DNA of 64,000 nucleotides, taken from assembly GCA_964016885.1 (NCBI GenBank), contig OZ024740.1:238266001-238330000 (forward strand), in the 5' to 3' direction. The DNA is from Eledone cirrhosa (Eukaryota). Each line of letters begins with the position of its first letter. The first letter of the stretch is position 1. Shown here piece after piece: positions 54,272-64,000 of this stretch. Under the pieces are notes generated by a model. The model searched no databases. It was not told the DNA's origin and saw nothing but the letters and a program-made list of their open reading frames with translations. A program made the position numbers and the translations under genes.

Positions 54272-56190
54272 CTCTCTCTCATCAATTGACATTAATTATT
54301 CAATTTCGATGTCTTATTTGTTCAAGTCATGTTGGTGTCACTTTTAATTTTTTGCTTGGCTGTATTGATACAACATCTTACACCAAACTTTCTTAGTTGG
54401 ATAAACTGTACATTAAAGATTGCTGTTGAGTCAATCACCCATTACTTGTTATTTAGTCCTGATGAATAATTGCAGGAACACCTGTATCCCTTTCAATACT
54501 AAATCACTTGAAACCGGCCTTGGTTCTATGATACAAAACTTTATATTTATCTAAATATTTCCCATTATAATTTTATCTGAAAACTTTTCTGAAGTTATTT
54601 CTCAAACACCAGCCTAATAATGAAAAAGTTAGTTAAATTACTAAACCTCTCCAAATTCTTGATTATTTTCAAAATTATTTGAAAACCATAGGCAGTAGAA
54701 ATATGAAAAGGTTAATCCTAGATCGACTCAGTGCTAGGCAACAACATATTTATAATGAATCCACACATGCCTCTTTTTTTTTTTTTAAATGATCAACAAG
54801 ATCCCAGACCTCATTCACTTACTGAGTGGGGTAGAGTTCATCAAATCAGAACAAGGAAACAATGTTTCCATTTCTGTTGCTGATACTATCTACTTGTCAC
54901 AACACCTGGCACAAGAAGCAATGTGAAATAAAGTGTCTTGTTCAAGGACATAATGCATTGCCTGGCCTGGGAATCAAACTCGCAATCTTACGATTGTGAA
55001 TCCAATTCTCTAACCTCATAAAAGATAAAATTTCCTTTTAAATACAAAAATTACTTAATTTATAAACAGTTGCTTATCACTACAGGTTGTAAGTGTGTCC
55101 TACACAATACTGCTTGTACATGTAGGATGAAACAGCTGATACACATACAGTTTCCACTACATCCAAAGACCAGTTGACTGATTAGTAAACCTTGATTCAT
55201 TAACATGTTATAAACAATAGCACACTCTTAAGTTGCTTCCTCCCTCTCTATGTCTTCTACTACATCTACTACAATGGTTACCATTACTATAAGCTATCAC
55301 GCTATATACCTAGCCCCACTCCACTGAAGCAAACCTGATTCACCTTCCTCTCTTCAACTCCCCATGCTATTGTCAACAAATGCCACATTAAACACTTCAC
55401 AAATGCCACATTAAACCCATCAACAACAAATGCCACATTAAACACTTCACAAACACCTTTCCCTGCAACATTCTGGAATCTATCCCGCACTCACATAATC
55501 TCCAAAGCTTGAAACTGAACATTAACTACATCAATCTCACCAGCCTGGGGAGGAATGTAAACATAAAACGAAATGCCACACTTTGCCGTTCTGAAATGTA
55601 AAATGTCATATATCTATAGTTACTTCCATACTGGAAGTGAACTGCTTCTCACAATAACAATAAAGAAAAATTCAGTACATAGTCATGGCAAAACTCCAAT
55701 GTGATTCTTCTATAGTTGCATTTTCTAGAAAATATTTTCTCTTTGCAGAAATTCATGACAAAACTGCTCTACCAATCATTCAGTATGATACCTACCTGGT
55801 TAACTATGCAAACCATAAGTGAAAGTCCTACTTCACTGGTTATTTTCAGAATCACAGTGATTAATCTTTATGATCCAGCTGCTTCCATTGCCTTCATATC
55901 CTTAATTGCATTTTCAACCATAATATTTGCCTAATTCAAAGATCTGGAAACAGGATATGAACTTAAAAACACTACAGAAGGAGGCAGATGAGCAATACAT
56001 CACTGGGAATCATCAGACAGACACACTGTTCACTATATAATTGTAAACCTTTAGACAGACACATTATATCATTGTAAACCTTTAGACAGACACACTATGA
56101 CATTGTAAACCTTTAGACAGGCACACTATATCATTGTAAATCTTGGAAAACCTTATTAAGAAACATCAGGAAAAAGCTACAATAGTTTAC

Positions 56191-56273
56191 CTGTGCATTC
56201 TCTTTTCACAGTTCAATTTAACTTGAGTAACCTGATCTGTGGTAAGGGTAACAGAACTGAGCACATTGTGTAA
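56191..56273 (-). CDS. HEMK1: HEMK1-like exon: LHNVLSSVTLTTDQVTQVKLNCEKRMH(R)
   Basis: TTTCTCTCAACAG acceptor, GTAAAC donor, 83 nt. Phases fit both neighbours. Resembles the LT..Q.......RR helix that precedes P.QYI. Confidence 0.88.
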
Positions 56274-56364
56274 CTGTTGAGAGAAAGGAATTAGGATAAA
56301 GGTAAACACAACCAGGTACACTCGGCACCACAGTTGCACTCACATAGCAATATAGATGTACACA

Positions 56365-56655
56365 CATGGCAACACAACTGAACACTTAACAACACAACTA
56401 AACACTTAACAACACAACTAAATGCATCGAAACACAACTGAACACATGGCAACATAACTGAACACCTGGCAACACAACTGAACACCTGGCAACACAATTG
56501 AACACATGGTGGCAACACAGATGGATAGATATGGCAACAAAGGTGGGTGGACAGACAAAGTGACACCAGATGGACAGACAAAGTGACACCAGATGGACAG
56601 ACAAAGTGACACCAGATGGACAGACAAAGTGACACCAGATGGACAGACAAAGCAA
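56365..56655. repeat. Intronic minisatellites (20-bp AACACNTGGCAACACAACTG and 24-bp GGACAGACAAAGTGACACCAGAT-type units)
   Basis: Direct reading. The Cys-rich ORFs here are translations of the repeat. Confidence 0.85.
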
Positions 56656-57329
56656 CATAAGAGGACAGTGAAAGCTGCATAGTCAGACAAACAAAAACAA
56701 CCGAACAAATAATCAACAGAAATGCAATTGGCTATAAAGTTGGACATATTATGTAATTAGTGAGAAAAATTAGAAGAAATAATTAAACTTGTTACAATCA
56801 AGATATAAATATTGCAGAATATGTACAAAATCTCTTACTTTTTGCATACTTGATGTCTAGCTTCTCATTCAACTACTTAGCAAAGCTGCCATGAAAAAAA
56901 GCTACATGCCTCAACTTGAAAACTTATAGTAATGTTGAGAAGGAAATTTCAGTTGAGATGCACTTATTATATTCCAATTTAGCAGGAAGAAGTAAAGTTG
57001 GATAAAATATTTGAAGAAAGCAGACCAGAGAAAATAAAAATAAAAATCACAACAAAGTTACATCAGCAATTACTCTAGTAGTAAAAGGTTATGTGATCTA
57101 GTGAAGGATGCTGAAATGAAAGATATTGAATTTATGAAGATTTTACAAGAACTTCCTAATTTATGTGAAACATGTATATAAACCCAGCCCTGATGTTGAG
57201 TTCTCACTAGGATCATATTTTAATGAAACCATTTCTATAGATATTAAAGAAATCAGAGGCAATATGGTACTACATGGAACAAGAAATAATATCAAAGTCA
57301 GGCTTTCTAGTAATGATAAGGAAATTATG

Positions 57330-58380
57330 AATGAAATTATTGTGTACAGTGCTCAAGTGCACTACAACTCATCAAAGGTGCATGTATAGTACATAGAATA
57401 ATGTACAAATATCAGGAAAGTGAACGGTGTATAAGTCATGATATACATGTGTGCATGTGTATGGAGGGGGATATCAGCTGTAGTGTTGGCGAATCTCAGG
57501 AAGCATGGAGGTTTTAAAGGATGCAGTGTCTCGACAGCTAACAACTGATGCAGGAAGTTTGTTCCATGCTTCAGCAACTCTGAGCGCGAAAAAATGTTTC
57601 CGAAAGTCACGGGAGCTGTGCTGTTTTCTGACTTTGTCGGCATACCCACAAGTGTTAGACACATGGAAATCAAAAAGGTGCTCAAGGTTGTTGTTGTTGG
57701 CAAGATGGTTAATAATTGTTGTGGGTGTTTACCAAGTCAGTTGCCAGACATCAGAGCTTCAACGTATTGGTTGCACATGTCTGAACAGTTTCCACAAGGT
57801 CAATGTTCTGAGCAAGATAGGGGCTCCAGACTGGTGATGCAAATTCTAAGTGTGGCCGCACCATAGCTATATACAGCTTTAAATAGATAGCTGGAGAGTG
57901 GCTGACAAAGGTCTTGCTGAGTGATGCTAAGACACCCTCGGCCTTCTTGACAATTTTAGAGACGTGCTTCGTCCAAAGCAAATTGCTGCTGACAATAATG
58001 CCCAGGTCACATTCACAAGAAGATTTCTTGATATTAGTGCTGTGGCGGGGAGTATGTGAATGCTGGTTTTTTCCTCCCAAAGTACACTTGTCCACAGCCA
58101 GCTTGAGTTGCCAGTCTGTGATCCATTGTTGCATTGTGTCCAGGTCAAATTGCAGGAAAGATCTATAGTGTTCAGGATCTGTCCTTTTTATCTTAAGGTA
58201 CAGCTTGATGTCATCTGTATATTTCAGTATTGTGGCATTCTTTAAGTTGGCATCTATGTCATTAATAGATGCCACAAACAAAAGGGGACCATGAATAGAT
58301 CCCTGTGGTACACCAGATGACATCTCATACGGTGAAAAATGTTGTCCTAGAACCATGACTACATCTCTTCGACTGAGAAA
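57330..58380 (-). mobile_element. CR1-clade LINE 3' portion
   Basis: SGVPQGSIHGPLLF, YTDDIK, DLGIIV, LY.AMVRPHLEFASPVWSP, FRKHFFALRVAEAWNKLP, then the 3' UTR. Confidence 0.9.
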
Positions 58381-59164
58381 TAAAGTACCAGTAATGCGTG
58401 GAAAAATTAATGAAGTGAGGAGAAGTAGTTTCAAAATATGATTGGTAATATTTACATGCTATTGTAGAAACAAATTACATTGTATAATTGTTACCCAAGA
58501 TCTTATTTCTGCTTTGAAAGTTCTTTTCAAGATCTTTCATAAATGATTTAAAGTCAATTCTGATATAGTAGTAGCATTTCAGTATGTTGGACTTGATGTT
58601 AAATAGAAGGGGAAGAATATTAAACTTACTCATACAAAAGATGGTAAACAAGTATATGAAGGAATATATGAAATGTTTATGTATAATAAACATATAAAAG
58701 CCTCATTTTGCCTTTCATCCTTACAGGGTCGATAAAATAAAGTACCAGTAATGCACTGGGTAATTGCTGGCCTTGTGCCAAAAGTAGAAACAATTATATA
58801 TAGTTAAAGCTTTGATCATGCCACAGCTATCTCAGTAGCTGTGTGAGAATGTCAAACATGTTTCTGGATTTTTATCTGCTATCAGAGCCATTTACTCACT
58901 CAGTACTGAGGCAAGAATAAGATAAGACTTCTATACTTTTTTGTGTATGAAGCATCAGCTGAGGATGCTACTTCGCATAGAGTGTGAACTTGACCAAGTA
59001 GAATTAATTAGCAGTAACATTAACATAGCATGATTCATAATAAAGGTATATATGATATGTATATGTATAATAAATATGTGTCTGACATTCTCACATGGCT
59101 ACGGAGATAGCTGTGACATGATCACAGCTTAAAATATTTATAGTGAGACTCTTGTATATATTTG

Positions 59165-59965
59165 TATTGACCTGCTGATAGGTGGTATATTGCCATAGAG
59201 ATCCTTATTTGTTGGGTGTTCCCTCGAAGACACGTTTAAAGCAGCGCGGAGCATACGTGTGTATGCCCCGTCAAGCTTTTTCTCCAGTTTCGACGTTAGC
59301 GTCCAAGTGACAGAGCCATAAACAAGCAGATTCCACAGCAGCTCTGAAGAAATTCCTTTTCAGTTTGGCCAGTAGGTTTGATTTCCATATCTTTTCCATT
59401 GCATTCAATGCTCCCCAGACTTTTCCCAGTCTGATGTTAACATCATGTTCTGTCGAGGCGATATAGCTACCCAGGTATTTGAAGTCGTCAACTTGCTTGA
59501 TTATATCGCCGTTTAGACTTCGCATACCAACTGAGGAGTCTTGGTTCAGGCAAATATATTCTGTTTTGCCTGCGTTGACAGAGTCCGATTTCCTTTGCAA
59601 CTGATTCGATGCTGTGAAGTAGTGATGTTGCATCCTTAAGGTAGTCAGCGAGGACCGCTAAATCATCCACATAGTCAGCATCGGTGATTTTCTGAGCTGC
59701 ATGGCGTCTACACTTTCGCTTTGTGAGACTCAGATTTGCTGGCCACTGTTGGCGCAGCAAGGAAGAAATAGCAGGTGATGTGTTGTTATGGAATCCATCT
59801 CATGGAGCAAGAAACGCTGGTCGTCCCAAGAAGACATACGTCAAGCAACTTGAGGACGATACTGGATGCAGTGCGGAAGAACTGACAAACGCTATAAGAG
59901 ACAGAGATGGATGGAGGAAACGTGTCGTAGAAAGCCGAGCAAGCTCGACCTGATGATAATGATAT
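59165..59965. mobile_element. RTE-like LINE with 5' inversion
   Basis: Minus strand 59165-59722 encodes DYVDDLA...FKYLGS...YTRMLRAALN...PPIS. Plus strand 59724-59953 encodes the continuing RLRFAGHC...GRP..TY... followed by a TGATGATAATGAT tail. Confidence 0.85.
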
Positions 59966-62113
59966 ATTTGTTATACATAAACGTATGATATATGCCTTCA
60001 TATTCACCTATATTATGAACCACGCTATATCAGTGCTACTGCTAATTAGACAAGTTGAATATACAAAGAAATTAAAATATAACCTCGTGACAAATAACAG
60101 AACTTAAAAGGTGAACTACAAACACAGATTAGAGGCAACTAATAGGTCAACCAAATTTGGATTATGATGTTAATGAGTTTAGTTGTATTCTAAGACTGGA
60201 AAGTTTAGAGTATATTAAAAAAATAACAAAACAGTAAAGAAAACAAAGCCAAAATCTCAAATTGTTATTCCAGACATAGCAAACCTTGATCATTTACAAA
60301 TAGTTGCATATACTGAAGCTTCTTTTGCAAATCTGAGAGATGGTGGATCACAAGGAGGTTATATTATGTTTAACCCTTTAGCATTTAAATCAGCCATATC
60401 CGGCCAGAATTCTCACAACTCTTTCTGTTCAAACCCACCATAACTGGCCACTCATACTTATGTTAAGGTATTGTTCTCAAAATAAATAATATCAAAATCT
60501 TATAGATTCAATATTATGTGATATAATTAAGCCTTTACCATGAAATTATAATAGTAAATATAGAGTAATGTAAATGATAAAGTAATATAAATGCTGGTAG
60601 TAGCAAAAAATATATAGTCAGTGCTTGACAATCAAAAAATTCTAAAAAGAACTCCAGCTGTAGAAACTCTAGCAAATGGTTGATATGGCAGAAACATGAT
60701 TTTTAATATATATAAAAGTATAATTGGGTCTGTTACAGTTAGAAAACATGTTGAAAATATAAAAATATCTTACAAAAATAATTTCTGTCCTTATGGTGCA
60801 GTACACTCAACAAAAATTTTGGACAAAAGACTTTTCATAGAGATGACTATCTTGAGAGAAATGAAATAGATAAAAAGGAAATTGCAAAGATTCTATGGAT
60901 CTCAATAAGAGTACAAGTTGCAAACCCCTTTAAAAAACTGATTACCATCCTTTAAGATCTTTGTGTATATATCAAAGCCCAAGGAAGCCTCAGTTGAACT
61001 GACATAACTACATTTTTCTTCTGGGGTTGAGAACTTGATATTAGTATTAAACCACAGTCGCAAGATATCAATAAGGACAAAGAACAAAAAGGGGGAGATA
61101 TTGTTAACAGATGAAATAGGAACAATTCATTTCTAATTATCTCTTTTGGACAGATGAGTAAAATAGAGAGCTCTCTAGTAAAGTGAGAGCCATACAGAAG
61201 CAGATGAGTGGAGTTTCTCTACCTAAGGTTTTATATTTGTTTCATGCTATGTTATTAAAGGAAAAATAACATCAACATTTTTTTTTTATAAATTCATACA
61301 GTAAATACTATAATACATCTGAAAAGTGACAATACAAAATACGAGGTGGCGAATTGGCAAAGTCATTGATGACAACAATAGGGTGGGAGGGAGGATAAAG
61401 ACTATTGTTTTGTTTAGTCTAGTGCTTTGCTCTAGTTTTACCATTGCATTTTCTGTTCACTTGTATGAGATTTCCCCAATACATTCTTAATCCTTTAGCA
61501 TTTACACTACTCTATATATACTAATGTATTTTCGTGGTAAAGGCTTTACCTCACATAATATCGAATCTATGAGATTTGATATTATTTATTTTGAGAACAA
61601 TACCTTAAAATCAGTATGAGTGGCTAGTTACGGCCAGTTTGAACTGGAATAGGTGAGAGAATTCTGGTCGGATATGGCCGGTTTAAATGTTAAAAGGTTA
61701 ATTACATGTCTCACAATGCTTCATATAAACTATACGAAAATGTAAAGGTGTTGAGTCAAAGTAAAAATCCTATGGAAGTGGTGTAGTGATTTAGTAAATG
61801 TCAATAGTCGATCAACAATCCCAGACCTCATTCACTCAACGAGTGGAGTGGAGCTTGACACAATGGAGAGTCCAATGGCAGATTTGAGTTTCACATAAAA
61901 TTTGATCAATTACCATTGTTCGATATTTTCCTGCATCGCAAATATCTGTACATAAAAACAATAATTCACTACTGATTTGATTATGTTGTAACAAGAATAT
62001 ATGGGCAGCCAAAGTCATAACCAATACACCTATATACATCAACAAGCTGCTGCATAACCAGGTCATACATAGGAAAATCAGTACCCAAGGTTTGGGGACA
62101 AACCTTGTATATA

Positions 62114-63002
62114 CAGGGTGCAGACGATATTTGTTCGCAAGATTACTGTCTAGGAAAATGTAACACTGTAGTTTTATTTTTTAAGATATATTTATCAAAC
62201 TTGGGTCAGTTTGTCTTCATGACTTGTTCTTTCGATCTCACTTGATAAACCCGCCATTGGCTTTGATGACGGCCCCAAGGCGGCCTCGGAACCGGCTACA
62301 GGCCTTCATCACTGTCCCTCGACTTAGGCCCCTAAAAGCACTTGTGATCCTGGCCTTCAGATCGTCTTTCATATTGCAACTAGATCTGTTGGTGTCTCGT
62401 TCCACTGCGCCCCACACAAAGAAATCGAGGGGGTTGCAGTCAGGCGAGCTGGGAGGCCAGATGTCAGGTGGAGTGTGGTCAACAAAGTTCTCTGACAGCC
62501 AGGCTTGGGTCTTTCAGCTGGTATGGCAGGGCGCCGAGTCTTGCTGCCACACTTATGGCCTACCTGCAGCTACCTGGTCGATCCAGGGCTTTACTATTTC
62601 GCTCAGAACGCAGATGTAGCCATCGGTGATAGCTTGAGGCCCTCAGGGAAGAAGTGAGGTGGCATGACGTCATCTTGACTGCTGATGACACCTAAGACCA
62701 ATGTTGTCGCTGGAAACTGTCTGCAGGACTCTGGGCACGTCTTTGGATGAGACATCATTCTCCTGCTGACGCTAAGAAAGTCTGAAATTTTCTTATTTGT
62801 CCTCCCGGCGCGGATTCCAAGAAGAACTCCGTGTCTCTTCCACAAGTTTGGAGGTTCAAAATTATTCATAATCAATTATTCTGAAAATAAATAATGGAAA
62901 TATAGTCACTGTTTTTATGAAGACAAGAGTGACAACGGAAGTTAAAAAAATTGGCATAAAATTATCAGTTGAAAATTGCGAACAAATATCGTCCTCACCC
63001 TG
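62114..63002 (-). mobile_element. Tc1/mariner superfamily, maT (DD37D) transposon, internally deleted
   Basis: About 27-bp TIRs CAGGGTG.AGACGATATTTGTTCGCAA with TA on both sides. Minus strand reads WQQDSAPCHTS*KTQAWLSENFVDHTPPDIWPPSSPDCNPLD, with 37 residues between the second and third Asp. Confidence 0.9.
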
Positions 63003-63150
63003 TATATATCATTTAATGTCCATCTTCCACACTAGCATAATTGTTTCAAAATTTTTACTCATACCAATGGCCAGTAAAACAACTAATATCATATTACTGA
63101 TATAAGTTACACACACACACACACCATCATTATCATCATGCAATACTCAC

Positions 63151-63356
63151 TGTTGGCAGTTGAAGACTATTGGCTATTAACAATTCTGCTGATTGCTTGG
63201 CGTCAGGAATACCAGACAATGACATTTTTATAGTCCAGTTCTGACATAATTCTCCTACAGTTATAGCTGGTACGTCTGCTGCTGATGATGAAAATTTATA
63301 GTCATAACGCTTTTGAAACAAGCATAATGGTATACTTGGACACCGCAGAAGAGGCT
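63151..63356 (-). CDS. HEMK1: HEMK1-like exon (N-terminal region): PLLRCPSIPLCLFQKRYDYKFSSSAADVPAITVGELCQNWTIKMSLSGIPDAKQSAELLIANSLQLPT
   Basis: Pyrimidine-rich acceptor ending TCAG, GTGAGT donor, 206 nt. W......GIP.A..S.E..+A..L matches the HEMK1 N-domain. The upstream start exon was not identified in the window. Confidence 0.85.
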
Positions 63357-63442
63357 CTGATATATAAAGACAGAAAAATAAAATACATCAGAATGAAGAA
63401 AATTCGTACAGAATTATTCAGTTTAAAATAATTTTATTATAT

Positions 63443-63610
63443 GTGGGTCAGCTGAAAAGTTAATAGATTGACTATGAAGGATTGATGCTAGAGCTTTGAA
63501 ATCTTGCATGCATTGATTTCAATGTTTCTTATAATAACTGCATTGTTTCTTTCCAGGGACTATGTTGAAAAATAAACCTCCAGCCTATGAACTTTTCAGC
63601 CAGCCCGCCT
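63443..63610. mobile_element. Short mariner-type MITE
   Basis: Imperfect TIRs GGGTCAGCTGAAAAGTTAATAG / CTATGAACTTTTCAGCCAGCCC with TA flanks. Confidence 0.55.
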
Positions 63611-64000
63611 ATATACCTGTCTGTCTCCCTTTGAAGGTGAAATTTATATTTATCCTGTGGTTTTTGATGAACAAATCTAACCTTCAAAACTGTCAGAAGT
63701 TATTTCTTTTCTAGTTAACCCTCTCTCCAGCCAGCTGTCAATCAATCAGGAGTACTTTGGTGGGAACTGGAATTTTTGGGGTGGGGGAAATCACAGAAGA
63801 CAATTTACGAAGGTGTTGAAAGCCACCAAACTGACAGATGGAAGGAGAGTTAACTAAAAAAAAAACAAATAATTTCCAACTGTTTTGAAGGTCAGATGTA
63901 CTCAAAATATATCAAAAACCATAGGAAAAACAAATTTCACCTCCAAAGAGAGACGGATGAAATAATAAAAACTAACTGTTTAAACCTTTCCTTCTCATAT

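Larger units (their letters stand above)
56720..61271 (+). mobile_element. Highly decayed Ty1/copia-like element with nested insertions
   Basis: RNase H-like AYTEASFANLRDGGSQGGYIMF at about 60307-60371, ETLA near 60663, KRL.IE near 60825, and an F.YVG RT-like motif near 58578. Polypurine tract AAAAAGGGGGAG 61086-61097 is followed by a short LTR TGTTA...TAACA at 61102-61271. Confidence 0.6.

Noticed and set aside
56291-56747. Cys-rich metallothionein- or keratin-like ORFs
   Set aside because: Open in all three frames because of 20-bp and 24-bp minisatellites inside a HEMK1 intron.

Overview
AT-rich, microsatellite-dense metazoan genomic DNA. The repeat landscape (RTE LINEs with (GAT)n tails, related SINEs, long (TA)n tracts) suggests a cephalopod such as an octopus, but that is inference. 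The only host gene found is a minus-strand HemK/PrmC-family release-factor glutamine methyltransferase (HEMK1-like). Nine coding exons (63356 to 39793) have GT-AG sites and splice in frame; the first coding exon was not located. The rest is mostly transposon-derived: two Ty3/Gypsy remnants, a copia-like remnant, two near-identical RTE LINEs, CR1, CRE, Penelope-like elements (PLEs), mariner/maT elements, TTAA MITEs and SINEs. The main discovery is at about 16.9-25.5 kb: a hotspot of non-coding elements bounded by (TA)n that carry type I hammerhead ribozymes (HHRs) of five unrelated sequences. Its centre is a 3.6-kb array of a near-perfectly conserved 462-bp unit with one minimal HHR per unit (7 HHRs) and a head-to-head inversion. 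This is a candidate PLE-mobilised, circular-RNA retrozyme system. All structure calls were made by eye; no searches or folding programs were run.
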